This document shows, piece after piece, positions 12,816 to 25,514 of a stretch of DNA of 64,000 nt. Made by a program: the position numbers and the translations under genes. This stretch comes from Cyanophora paradoxa CCMP329 (taxonomy: Eukaryota; Plantae; Glaucophyta). The notes below the pieces were generated by a model. That model was not told the DNA's origin, searched no databases, and saw only the letters and a list, made by a program, of their open reading frames with translations. Position 1 is the stretch's first letter. Each line of letters begins with the position of its first letter. Location: contig QPMI01000429.1 in the NCBI GenBank assembly GCA_004431415.1, forward strand, positions 124,001-188,000, given 5' to 3'.

Positions 12816-14592
12816 ATGGCGGGCCAGCCTACTTCTCGCGTGCTCGTGTTGTATCACTCGATGTATGGTAAGGCCCGCCAGATCGCTCGCCGCTCCGCTC
12901 TCGCCGCCTGTTCGGCTGCGATCCGTACCAGCGGACCGTCGCCCCCGATCTGCTAGAGCGTTCGCTTGGGCAACCTAGAGCGTTAGCTATGCTATTTAGA
13001 GCCAGTGGCTCGTTCGCACGAGCGCCCCGTCAATCCCCCCCTCTTCGCACAGCGTTGCCCTTCCAGCCGCGGCGCGGGGCGGGGCCGCGCGCTCGTTATG
13101 CGCGCCCAGAGACTGTACTGATGCTTTCTCAGGCCATATCGCGACGATGGCTGACGCCATAGCTTCGGGCGTGAAGGATGTCGTGGGGTGCGAGGTCGTT
13201 GTGAAGCGCGTTCCTGAGACGCTCCCGCCCGAGGTCGGCCGCCTCGTTGCCCGCACTGACGGCGCCCGTCGCTGACTGGCGCGGGGCGCGTGCGCAGGTG
13301 CTCGAGAAGATGCAGGTGCGGCCTCTGCCGGGACGGCCCGGCGCGGACCACCCGCCGGCCGCGGCCGACGCCCCGCGCGCGCGCGGCAGGCGTCAGAGGC
13401 GCAGAAGAAGCTGGCGCACGTGCCGGTCGCGACGCCGCTGGAGCTGCCGCAGTACGACGCGATCATCGTCGGCACGCCGACGCGCTTCGGCAACATGAGC
13501 CAGCAGATGCGCGCCTTCTGGGTGCGGGGCCGTTCCTTCCCCGTGCGTCCCCCGGCCGGCCCGCTCAACGGGAGGCGGCAGGACTCGACGGCGTCGCTGT
13601 GGGCGACGGGCGCGCTCGTGGGCAAGATCGGCGGCGTCTTCGTCAGCTCCGGGACCCAGCACGGCGGCAACGTCCGCCCCGCCCCTCCCAGCACTGTACC
13701 CCCGTCCGCCCGTCTGACGCTGCGCCCAACTGCCCGCAGGAGTTCACGATCTTCAGCGTGTACTCCACCCTGCTCCACCACGGCATGGTCTCCTCCCCCC
13801 GCCCCCTCTCCGGCCGGCGCCGCCTCACGGGGGCGGGGCAGGTGATCGCGGGACTGCCGTACACGTTCCTCGAGCAGCAGAACAACGACTCCGTGCACGG
13901 CTGCAGCCCCTACGGTGCCCCCCCGCCCCGCCTCGCCCGCCCTGGCACCCCCGCCTGACCCGCCCCGCCCCGCCCCCGCAGGCGCCAGCACCAGTGCACA
14001 TTCCCCCCCTTGCCGCCCTCTCTGCTCGCCGCCTGGCGCTGACGGGGGCCCAGTCGCCGGGGGCCGGGCGGACCTGAAGCCGACGGCCATCGACCTGGCG
14101 GGGGCGCGCTACCAGGGCCGCTACATCGCCCAGATGGCCCACCGCATGACCCTCACCAAGGCGCCCCCGCCCCGCCCCGGTCCCGGCCTTTGCTGACGGG
14201 GCGGGGCGGGGGCCTGCGCAGCACCTGAACCTGGTCTTCCCCCAGCCGCCGGGCGTCCCGGCCGCCGCCGTCGCCGTCGCCACCGCCTCCGCCACCGCCA
14301 CCATCTCCAGCCCCGCCCCCGCCATCTCCCCCGCCCCGCCCCCGCCCTCCGCCCCCGGCTACGCGCCCTCCCCCGTCCCCCCGCCCCCGCCGCCCACCCG
14401 ACCGAGGCAGCCCCCGCGGGGGGCGCCCAGAACCTCGTCCCGTACGGCTCCCCCGCCGGCTACGCGCCCCCCGCCCCCTCCACCGCCCCGCCCCTCTCCT
14501 ACTACGGCGCCGGCGCCGGCGGTCAGACCGGCGCGGCAGCTCCGGCGGCCCCAGCAACGCAGGGCGGCGGCGACATCTACCAGAAGCGCTAG
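12816..14592 (+). CDS. WrbA/FQR1-type flavodoxin-like NAD(P)H:quinone oxidoreductase with Pro/Ala-rich C-terminal tail (multi-exon)
   Basis: [85 protein letters not shown]. Confidence 0.92.
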
Positions 14593-14997
14593 CTCAGCGG
14601 CAAGCGCCCCCTTCTCCCCCACTCACCCCTTCCCCGCCCGCCATGGCCATTGGGGCATGTTGTGCATTTCTCATGTATCGAGCAGCGATATTGCACCGTG
14701 AACAGTGAACCTAGTGAATTTATATGAAAAACATGTTGGGGGGAGGGGGTTGCGCGGCTAAGAGAAGCACGCCCAGTGCAGACCTGAGCAGGCAGGTCGA
14801 TGGCAAGAGGCTGAGCAGCACCAGTGCGACGGAGCAGCAGAGTCTCGGTAGGATTGAGTACAGAGGGCACAAATATAGCACTAGACATAGCTGCAGCGAG
14901 GCTAGTCATAGTGCTAGGGCTATTCTGAGCGTGCTAAGATGGTCGCTGGACCAAATGGCAACGCGTACAAGGGTACAGGCCCAGAGGACAGGGCTAA

Positions 14998-16283
14998 ATT
15001 GCAAGGGGGGGTCAGCTGCTCAAACCCCCCTTAAGGATGCACGCTGTCCAAGTCGGCCAGTTTCAAACCCGTCGGATTGTCTGTCACGCTGTCCAAGTCG
15101 GCCAGTTTGCAAGATAAAGATGGCAAAAGTCTTTTTGCTGTACCCAGTGTACATGTAGCGCCTCGCCGGCCCTCGCGCCGGCGGCTGTTGCCACTCCAGC
15201 GGCTGGCGCCCGGCCGCGGCCGCGGACCGCAAGCTTAAGTCGGCCCGACTCCGCCGGTGCGGAACTACCTAGCTAGGACATACAACCCGCGCCATGCGCG
15301 CAAAGCCGCGCGCGGCCGCGCGCCATCTGCAGCTGGCGGCTTCTCAATGGCAGGCAAGCCGAGGAAGCAGCAGCTGCCGCCACGGCAGCCGCTAGACGGC
15401 GCTAGCGACCGGCGAAACGTCCTACCGCATGCTGCCGGTCCGCCCCTCCCCTCGCGTCGCCTGGCCTCTAGCCTCTAGCAGCTGCGCATGCCAGCACCAT
15501 GGCCAGGTCGTGTTCGAAGTGCTCCTGGGCGCCATCCGCATCGGCCCGCGCCGCGCCGGCGTCACCCTCGCGCACCGATGCCGGCATGCCGGCATGCCGC
15601 TTTGCAGCCAGCAACAAGCTCATCGGGTGGCAACGGAAGAGCGCGGGGCGGCGGGCGGGGCGCGTGGAGGAACGCGCGGAGGCGTGCTCCACCGCGGCTC
15701 GCCGGCTGGGGCGGAGCCGCACGCCTGACTGAGTTGCGCGGCGGCGCGGCTCGCCGGGCGGGGCGGAGCGCGGTGGCCGTGGGTCGCAGGCGGCTCGACG
15801 GCGGGCGGAGTCGCAGCGGGCGGCGGCGCGGCTCGACGGGCGGGCCCGGGCGGTGCGGAGGCGCGGCGGGCGGCGGCGCGGCTCGCCGGGCGGCGCGGAG
15901 GCGCGGCGGGCGGCGGCGCGGCGCGGCTCGCCGGGCCGGGCGGAGGCTCGGCGGGCGGCGGCGCGGCTTGGCGGGAGGGGCGGGGCGGAGGCGCGGCGGG
16001 CGGCGGCGCGGCTCGACGGGCGGGGCGGGGCAGAAGCGCGGCAGGCGGTCTCCGGGCGGCGCGGTTCGCCACTGGGGCCAGGCGGGGCCCGGGGCGGCCT
16101 GCGAAGTCCGACGGTCGTGCACGTGGCGGGCGGCCACGCCCGGCGGGGTGGAGGCGGGCGGGTTTCCATTTCGCGCTGCTTCTGCGAGCGTTGGCTGCAG
16201 ATCTAAATGCTGTCTCTATTATTTAGACCCCACCTTGCACATCCTGAGACGAGCGGGGGGCGAGCGCGAGTCGAAGACCTAGT
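14998..16283 (+). mobile_element. Non-autonomous Helentron/HINE-like element, copy A
   Basis: 5' TTGCAAGGGGGG, complementary subterminal CCCCACCTTGCA at 16228-16239, 3' end CTAGT. Both ends are homologous to the inverted copy at 33619-34583. Internal GC minisatellite at ~15730-16030. Confidence 0.7.
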
Positions 16284-16383
16284 AAGGGAGCAGAGGCCAA
16301 GGGCCTAGCTAAGAGCTAGAGGACTAGCCGACGAGCCGAGCGAGTCGGAAAGTGGATGGCACAGGGTATGTATATGTTAACGT

Positions 16384-18944
16384 TCAGAGTTGTGTGTCGC
16401 GATCGGCCCAGTAGGGCTCGACTTTCACACCGGCGCCGAGGGCATCCTGAAGCTCCTGCGACCACAACGGCGTCGGTGAATTCGAAGGCACGAATTTGAA
16501 TAACAGGAATGTATAAAAAACTCGAGAATTCGAAGAGCGCACGGCGAGCTGGCGGCGCTGCTCGTCTTGCATCGCGGCGCTGGCGTGGCTGTCCACTACG
16601 TAAGCACGCAGGCGCCGGAGGCGGCCGCGCAGGGCGGCGGTGATGTCGGGGGGCAGGGGGAGGCTCAGCTCCGCCCCGGTAGCGAGCTCCCGCAGACCGG
16701 TCATGTCAGACGCGATGCGCTGCGTGATCATGTAAATTGAAAGAAACGCTTGGATTCGGAATCGAATTGCAATCTGCAGCGCACGCGCACCGAGAGGAGA
16801 GCGACGAAGTCCTCTGCGCCGATCTCGCTGTGCTCGGCAGGGATGTCGAGGCTCCGGACTCTGTCCCAGGCCGCCAGGGATCGCTGGGAGAGGGCCTTGA
16901 AGCAGTCCGATGAGAGCTCAAGCTTCGCATCCTGCGGCGCGGCGTGGGTCAGGGCGGGAGGCGCGCAGCAGTGGCGGGCCGGGGCGGCCTCGGGCTCGCC
17001 TCGAGCGCCTCGAAGCTGGCGAGCACTTCAGCGAGGGCGCGGGCCTTGCGCTTCTCGTGGGTGGCCTCGAGGTCGAGGAGGCGGAGGCGGGGGGCGAGGC
17101 AGCGGAGCTGCGCGGGGTCCACGTCGTCCAGCATGGTCTTGAACGCCTCCAGGCGCGGCAGCGACGGCAGGTACGAGACGTCCTCGATCGGCTCGCAGTT
17201 GGCGGCCACGTCCAGCGCTGTGCATGTACACGTGCGCAACGCGAGCTCGAGTGAATGGCGCGTACGTGAGGGAGGAAGGGGAGGGGGGGGGGGGGGGGGG
17301 GGAGGGGGAGGGGAGGAGGGGGGAGAAGGAGGGGAGGGGGAGGGGGAGGAGAGAGGTGGGGAGGGGAAACGGGGAGAGGGCGGGGAGGGGAGAGGGGGGG
17401 AGGGGGGGGTGCGGGCGGCAGCGTGCACGTGGAAGCGCTATAGCTAGCTGAGGGAAGGAGAAATTCAGAGTGCCATGGCGCACATCGGAGGGCCGTCAGG
17501 GAGGAGATGGCGAGCAGGGGCGTCGCCTCGCCGTCCGCCTGCAAAGCAAAGTGCTCGAGCTGGGGGAGGCGGGCGAGAGACTCCAGGGAGATGTCGAAAT
17601 GACCACGGGTGTTGAGGCTCAGGGCTGCGAGTGTGTGAGGTGTGAGAGAGGTGCAAGTGTACGAAGACCAGCGAGCTCACATCGGAGGGAAGTCAACGGG
17701 GTGAGGGGCCCGATGACATCTGCCGGCCCCTGCACCTGGCGGCTACGTATATGTCGGCCGTCGAAGTCGACACGACTTTCGAGATTGAGGCGCAGCCGCT
17801 CGAGCCCAGGGAATGCCGCCGCGATGAAGTACAGACCGTTCTCCGCATTGGCAGAGAACGGGTGGACGCTGAGCTGAGAAGAGGCGTCGGCGGGGTTGAA
17901 GCGAAGAGTCGCCCGGAGAGCAGTGAGCCGGACTCCAAGGGACGAGAGAGCGACGAGGGCTCCAGGGCTGATCTCGAGGCCCCTGTAGCCGTTCTTGAGG
18001 TCAAGACAGGACAGTCGCGGGAGGTAGCCGAGCGGCCAGAGGTGCTGGGGGCCCCACGCGCAGCTTTCGCAGCTCTCGTCTGAAGCTGGACCCAAGCGGA
18101 GGGCGCGAAGGGAGCGGAAGCGAGCGAGGGGTGCCAACGAGAAAACGGGGGAGATCTTCACTTGGGTGGTGCGCGAGCTGGGCCGCACGAGCCCTCCGGG
18201 CCCTATCGCAGGCATATACATCTCCATCTGCGCATGCAGGAGATTTAACTGGAGATCATCGCGCGACCGCAGACATCATGATCATGATCATGATCATATA
18301 TATGCATTTAGAGAATTCCGAAAAATCGATCGTGATCGACGGCGGGCGCGGACCGTGAGAGGAGCAATCGTGACATCGAGCTCCTCTATCCCGCTCACGC
18401 GCGCCGCCCCTTCGCACTGCCGATCCAGCGCCGCGTCACACCCAGGCTCTATCTGGATGTTCTCGCCGGGCAACGTCGGCAGCTGCTTGAACGAGAACTC
18501 CAGCCGCGCTCGCGGCGCTACGCCGCCTGTCTGCACGAGCTCGTCGAACCGTCGGCATACTCTCCGCAGGCGGCACACTCGCCACAGGTCGACCCAAGGC
18601 TCGGTTGGCGCCGCTCCGGATCCCGCCGACCCCGACGTCAACGCGGCCGAGCTGGCGACGACCGTGCGATGCTTTGCTTCGAGTTCGTCGCAACAGAATG
18701 GCTCATCCCCGCGGCTTTCTTCGCTCGCGCCCGCCTGCCGAATGATGCGGACCAGCAGCGCGTCCGGCAGGCCGAGGAGCGCAGATTCCTGTATGTCTCC
18801 GCAACATAAGCTCGAAGTTAAAGCAGCGCATGCGGCGGACGCAGACCTCGTAATCGGCGTGGCCTCCTGTTCCACATGCACTCGAGCTCGCGCTCGAATC
18901 GAGTCGACGCGCTCGCGCACCCGTGCCCTCGCTGAGTGCTGCAT
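16384..18944 (-). CDS. F-box protein with LRR-like repeats (multi-exon)
   Basis: F-box-like LLGLPDALLVRII...RLRRVCRRFDELV, then LRR-like LAPLARFRSLRALRL, LWPLGYLPRLSCLDL, LAPLSHLT, LPSLPRLEAF. Confidence 0.65.
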
Positions 18945-19269
18945 CGCTCGCCGCCCTCTTCCCCTTACGATCCATGCCGAAATTGGGCCTGGATGGCAGC
19001 TGGAATGATCGCTGGACGTCAATTCTTCAGGAGGACAGGCAGGGGGGTAGAGGGCGCAATGGGCGACCTCGAGCTATCTCGATATTAGGTGCAGAGGCCG
19101 CAAGCGTAGGCAGCAGCCTCGCGCAGAGATTCTCTCGAGCTCGCCCGGCGCCTGTATAGCTAGCTGAAGAATCCCGGCGCGCGCGAGTCAGCACCTCGAG
19201 CGCACGCAGTAGCCAGAGCGCAAGAGAGTGAGCTCCCAGCGCGCCACCGCTTGACGCAAGCGGGGTGCG

Positions 19270-21770
19270 ATGCTGGTCGCCGCGCTCGTCATCGGCGCGC
19301 TCTCGTTCGTCATCTTCGTGTTCCCGTGGCTACTCTCGAACGCGGCAAAGGTCTTCTATGAGCCCACGGGCTACAACACTGTCCTCGTGAGCGCTTCCGC
19401 TCCCCGCCCTCGCGCTCCGCTCACGCCCCTCGCAGGTCCACGAGTGCCCGTGCGCGAGGGCGCTGCGCGTGCGGGGATCTCCGCGCGCAGCTCAGCGTCC
19501 CCGCGGGGTGCGCAGGTCGTTGAACGGGAAGCGGAAGTACTGGCCGACGCCGTGGCTCTGGAGCGGGCACCTGCAGACGCTGCGGGTCGTGTGGATGACG
19601 ACAGAGCCCGTCATCGACTACATCCGGCAGCTCGTGCCGATGGACGACGGCGGGTCGATCGCGGTGGACTGGAGCTCCTACGGGTTCCGGCGGGACGAGC
19701 GCGGGGCGGTGACCTCGGCGCCGGGCTACGAGCGGACGCCGCTCTTCCTCGTGCTGCACGGCCTCACGGGGGGCAGCCACGAGCAGTACGTGCGCAACTT
19801 CATCGCCGAGGCGCACCAGAACGGCTGGCGCGCCGTCGTGGTCCGCCCCGCCCCGCCCCCGCCCCCGCCTCCTCTCCTTTCCCGCTCGCCCCGGCCCCGC
19901 TCACGCGCTCCCCCGCCCTCTCAGATGAACGCCCGGTCCGCTCCTGCTCTCTTCCCACGCGCGCGCCGCCGCCGCCTCCTGCCGGCCGCCGACACTGCGG
20001 GGCGGGGCGGGGCGGGTGGCAGCGGGTGCGGGGGCTCGCAGCTGGTGACGTCGCAGTGGTTCTGCGCGGCGTGGACGGCCGACGTGCGCAAGATCGCCGT
20101 CGACGTCCAGCGCGTCGTCCCTGACGCCCCCGTCATCGGCATCGGGTCCGCCCGGGCCCTCTCCTCTCCACCCCTACCGCCCTCCGCCCGGCTCAGCGCT
20201 GACCCACGCCAGGTTCTCGCTGGGCTCGAACATCCTGGTGAAGTACCTGGGGGAGGAGGGCGAGGCGACGCCCCTCGCCGCCGGCATCTCCGTGGGCAAC
20301 CCCTGGCGCGCCCCTCCCGCCCCGCCCCTCCCGCCCTCCCGCCCGGCCCCTCCGGCTCACGCGGGGCGGGCCAGGGACCTGCCGGAGAGCTCGCGGCAGC
20401 TGAGCGCCTTCATGTCCCGCGTCACCTACTCCCGCGTCATGGTGCCACCCCTCCCCCCGCCCGCCCACCCCGCCCGCTGCCTGGAGAGCTCACCCGCCCC
20501 CGCTACCGCCCCCGACCTTGCCTGGGCTCCTGCCCCGCCGGCCTGTCCCCCTAGGTGGCCGTAGAAGCGCCCCCTGCTCCCTCGCCCCCGCCAGCTGCGC
20601 ACCCCCCCGGGGCGGCTGGAAACCCCCGGGGCGCAGGCGCAGAGCCTGATCAAGCACTTCCTGGAGAATGCGCACTACTACGACGAGTGGGACGGCATCT
20701 GCCGCGACCGCATCATCCGCGTCCGCCCCGCCCCGCCCCGCCCCGCCCCGCCCCGGCCCCGGCCCCGGCTTCTTTCCCCCGAGCGCGTCTCACTCCTGCC
20801 CGCCCCGCAGTCCCGCACCGTTCGCGAGGCGAGCGAACGCGCGAGGGAATAGGGGGGCGGGGCCCCGCGCGCGCCCCGCCGCGCCGCGCCGCGCTGACCG
20901 CGGCTCGCGCCAGTTCGACGACACGTTCACGCGGGTGCTCTTCGGCTACGAGTCTGTGGACGCCTACTACCGCGACGCCTCCAGGCCCGCCCCGCCCCCG
21001 CCCCCGCCCCCGCCCCCGCCCTCTTCCCTGCTCTGAGCGGCCCGCAGCGCGTACTACCTCAAGGGGTGCGCCCCGGGGCGAGGGGCTCGCCTGAGCCCAG
21101 CTCCTCCACCCCTCACTCCGGGGGCGGCGCGGCGGGCAGGGTGCGGGTGCCGCTGCTGGCCATCAGCGACATCGACGACCCCATCTGCTCCAGGCGCGCC
21201 CCGCCCCTCCCCTCCCCGCTGGGGCCCCCGATCCGCCGCGCCGGCCCGAGCGGGGCGCAGCTCGGCGGTGCCTTACGCGGACTGCCGGGCGAACGAGAAC
21301 CTGATCCTGGCGACGACGCGCCGGGGCGGGCACCTCGGCTGGTTCGAGGGCTGGGCCTCCTCCTCTTCCTGGTCCGCCCCCCGACCCGGCCCCGGCCCCG
21401 GGGCCCCGCCGCTCACCTGAGCGCAGGGTCAACGGGGCGGCCGCCGAGTTCACCGCCGCCCTCCTCCGCCTCCGCGTGCGCCCCCGGCTTGCCCCCGCCC
21501 CACGCCCTGTGCTCCTCGCCCTCCCTCACGCGCCGCCGGCCCGGCGCCCGCCCCGCTCGCCACCAGCTGGAGCACGGGATGACGCGCAGCGAGAAGCACC
21601 CGGCCGTCGTGCCGCCGCCGCCCCCGACCGCGCGCCTCGGGGCCAGCGGCAGCCCCTCGGGCTCGCCCGCTCCGTGCCCGGCCTGCTCAGACGAGGGCGC
21701 CGGCTGCGGCGGCGGCCCCGGCGGCCCCGGCGCCAAACGGCCCTCGCTGAGCTCCCACCGCGGGGACTAA
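19270..21770 (+). CDS. Alpha/beta hydrolase, ABHD1/ABHD3/YheT family, with N-terminal membrane anchor (multi-exon)
   Basis: YWPTPWLWSGHLQT, LHGLTGGSHEQYVR, nucleophile G-F-S-L-G then NILVKYLGEEG, FDDTFT..FGYESVDAYYRDAS, VPLLAISDIDDPI, GGHLGWFEG. Confidence 0.9.
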
Positions 21771-23072
21771 TCACGCTGCTTGCGCCCTCCGCCCTCCGTC
21801 CCTTGACCTGAGCCCCCGCGTTTCTCGCTCGGAATCGAATTGCAAGCGGGCAGCCCCCTTCACTTGTGTGTGTGTGCTCCGGTACCCCTAGGGGCCCGGT
21901 TTATAGTCGTCCCCCTCACTCCTTCCCCGGTTTGACCCGGGCCCCTACGGCGTGAAAGCCAATAGGGGGGAGCTCCTCCCACATGTAGGAGGCGGGGGAA
22001 GACTTTGCAGCTGGCTTAGGCAGGTTACCTGTGGGGCATAAGCACTGGTAGCTCTCCTGTTTTCAGCAGCCTTTCCACTGCAATGTGTGCGTTCCAGAGG
22101 GCTGTATCTGGGGGTGGGTTGTTCCAGCACACGTGTGCTTGCTCGTCATCATTCGGCGTCAGTTTCCCCCTGCATATCCTGCATCGCGAGTGGCCACTGT
22201 TATTTTTGAGCTCCTTAGCCTCCTCCAGTGCTCGTTTCCGTTGTGAAATGACGCTCCGGCGTGCCCGTGATCCACTTGCAACTTCAGTGGCCTGTTCATT
22301 ATGACCAGTACTAGAGCTACTAGGCTAGCACTGGCTGCAGTCGCGGCCGAGCCCGAGAGCTGTAAAAGTGCCTGCACAGCTTCGATTTCGGGATTCGTAA
22401 TATTAATTGCATGCGCCGGCGCCATTGCGCCCTGCGGCTGTGCTTCGGTTCTTTCACGGTCGCGATCGTTGTTAGCCACATGTACAGCTACTGTTTGCGG
22501 GGCTGTGCATGCGGGGGCGCCGGTTGTCCGGGCCCTGGAGCTCGGGTTTGAGCTCAAGTTTGGGATTTGATCCGTGCTCGTGGCTGCATTGGGCCGGGGC
22601 GCTTCCGTGTCGCTCTCGAGGCGGCTGTGCCCAAGGCGGTTTGGGGGCAAGCGTTGCCAATGTTTGCTAACGGTCTGCGCACTGTCGTTCCGGCGGTAGC
22701 GCTTCCCGATCTTGTTGGTACGTCAGCTGCAGCGCTAGCCGGGTTTGCTCGCGTACTTGCGGCATATTGCCCTTCACTGGGGGTACACCCCCCTTCTCCA
22801 GAAAAAAAGCGGTCGATCAAGCTCGTCCGATCGATATCCCCTTCAGTGAGCGGAATCGAATGGCTTCGCCTAACGCGCTACCTGTAGCTGTAGTCGGCAC
22901 GCAAAGCAGATCGCCAGGCCGCGCAGCTCGAGGCCGGCACAGATAGATAGAGCAGAGCGCGCACCGCACGTTCCGATCGCCGCTGTTCGCGTTCTGCAAG
23001 CATCGAAAGGCTCCGGAGTCAGAGCGAGGCGGGCGCGCACAGCTCCTTCATCCCTTTCGTGAGATCGACCAG

Positions 23073-24679
23073 ATGTCTGGATCGACCGCCGAGGTCGCGT
23101 CGCCGACGCGCTCGTGGTTCTCCCGTCTCCTCGGCGATTCCCGCCGTCCTCCGCCGTCCTCCCCGGCGCCGCCGGCCGCTGCCTCGCCGCAGGCTCCCGC
23201 CGACGCCGCGCCCCAGGCTCCCGCCTCGGCCGCGAGTGCGGCTTCGCCAGCTGCCGCAGCCACAAGTGCACCGGCACGCCCGTCCCTTTTTGCAGAGCCC
23301 GCGTTTTGGCTGCGAACTGACATCTCTTTTCTTCGCAGCAGCAGCCCGCTCGCCAGCCGCCCCAGCCTCCACCGCGGCCGCCGGTCCAGGTCCCGGCTTC
23401 GGCTCCGCCCTTGTCGACCCAGCCCTCTGCTCCGCCTCCTCCTCCCTCGGACCCGGCGGGTTCCGTGGTGGACGCCGCCCCCGCCGCGAGCGCCCCCACC
23501 GTTGGCCTCGCGCCGCCGCCCCCGCCGCCCCCGCCAGCGCCCGCCGCGCGCCCGCCCCCACCACCGCCAGCGGCCACCGCGCGCCCGCCGCCGCCTGCGG
23601 GCGTCGCGCCGCCGCCCCGCCCCTGCCGCCCTTCTGGCAGGGAGGCCCCACAAGCCAGCTCGCTGGCCCGCCTCCGCCCCCGCCAGCGCCCGCGCAGCGC
23701 GCCCTGCCGCCCCGGCCTCCGGGCGCCCTGCCGCCCCCGCCTCGGGGCGCCGCGCTGCCGCCGCCGCCGCCGCCGCCGCGGGCCCGCCGTCGGTCGAGGA
23801 GGACCCGGTGGCGCTGCGCGGGGCGCGGGCCATCCTCCGCCGGACGCTCGGCCTGCGCGACGCCCGCATCCGCGACCTCCAGCGCACCGTCCGCCGCCGC
23901 CGCCCCCCGCCGCCCGCCGCAGCCGACGCTCGGGCAGGTGGAGCGGCAGGAGCGCGCCGCGAGGGTCGCCGACACCCAGCTCCAGCTCCTCCGCCAGAAG
24001 GTGCCCCGTGCCCCCCCCCCCCCCCCCCCCTCCCCCCCACACCACCCCCGGCTCGGCCGACGGGGACCCCTCTGCAGGTGGCGGTGCTCTCGGGCTGGCG
24101 GGCGACGCCGCGGCGGTAACGGGCATGACCGCCGAGCAGCTCGAGGAGTGCGCGAAGAAGCTCGCCGAGACCGAGGCCCGCCCGCCCCGCCCCCTGCCGC
24201 CTCCCCCCCGCCCCCTGACCCTGACCCTCTCTGCAGGTCCGCCTGAAGGCCCTCGCCATCGAGAGGCGCAACGCCGAGATCGAGCGCCGGTCCGCCCGCC
24301 CCCGGGGCCCCCGCTCCAGCGGCGCCGGCTGAGGCCCGCGGCGGCGGCGGCGCGCAGGGCGAAGGACCTCGACGCCCTCATCCGCGTCGTCGCCGAGAAC
24401 TGCAGCGACCCGGCGGCCGCCGCCGCGCGCGCGGGGCCCGGCTCGGCGGCCGCCGCCCACCTGCGCGCCGCGCACGGGGCCGCGGCGCTGGGCGCGGGGG
24501 CGGGCCCCAATGGCAAGGGCGGCCGCGAGCGCGAGTGCTGCGTCTGCCTGGTGGAGCCGGCGAGCGTGGCGATGGTCCCGTGCGGGCACCGCGCCCTCTG
24601 CCGGCCCTGCAGCGGCCGCCTCGAGGCCTGCCCCGTCTGCCGCCGCCGCGTCTCCTCTCGACTTGTCGTCTACGACTGA
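23073..24679 (+). CDS. Coiled-coil protein with C-terminal C3HC4 RING finger (IAP/BOI/LOG2-like E3 ligase; multi-exon)
   Basis: CCVCLVEPASVAMVPCGHRALCRPCSGRLEACPVCRRRVSSRLVVYD at the C-terminus. Confidence 0.85.
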
Positions 24680-24793
24680 GCGCCCGGCGACGGCCGCAGG
24701 GCTCTTTCGGCTGTTAACGTCGCTTTAATATTAATGCTGCACGCTGCATGCGCCGTGGGCAAGCGTGGCCTAGGCGAAGCTAGCTATGGCTAG

Positions 24794-24794
<1 letters not shown>

Positions 24795-24837
<43 letters not shown>
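24795..24837. repeat. (TA)n microsatellite, about 21 units
   Basis: Directly visible. Confidence 0.97.
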
Positions 24838-24839
<2 letters not shown>

Positions 24840-25514
24840 CGAAGCGGCTCAGAACCGAGTCAGAAGCCCTGCGCTAATTATAAGCCGGCGCCTGCCCCGT
24901 TCGCGCACGTGCACTACGGTACTGGAAATCGGTGGTCAACACTAGATCTAGCTGTACTTCCCCCCGCGCCTCCCCGCCCCCGCCCCCCCGCGCCCCCCCC
25001 CCCTCCCCACCCTCCCCGGCCCCCCTATACGTATACTTTGATATAAAAAGGGGGTAGATCGAAGCTTAAGCAGAACGGGAAAAAAGCGTTTTTTTTGCAA
25101 AATATAAAGTGGACGTCGCATTGACACACCACGGCACATGTATCAATGTTCTACGTGACGTGCCCTTCCGACCGGTCATCTATCTAGCCGAAGGTGCTAG
25201 CTAGGTGCCGGCCATGGGTCGCTCAATATGGGAGGTTCGCCTGAGTGGGGGAGCCATGGTTTTCGGTGATAGCCGTAACCAGACCCGCGCGCCCACCCCT
25301 TGATCATGATCAACTCCTCCATCCCTCATGAGCCCTGGAAGTGAAATGTCTCGCAGTCCGCCGGCGCCGCCCTCCCTTGCCGCCGCTCAGCGGCTCCGCC
25401 ACCCCTCCTCCTCCTCCTCACTCCGCCTTCTCCCTCCGCCTCACCTGCGCCCCAGGACCCCGATTAATCGGTGTCCCGTTTTGTTGAGGTGAAGAAGGTG
25501 GCAGGAAGAAGATA

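Noticed and set aside
21880-22900. Moderate-GC segment with minus-strand ORFs (IEAVQALLQLS, RRPLANIGN)
   Set aside because: Short motifs could be chance; no domain, termini or splice structure I can support.
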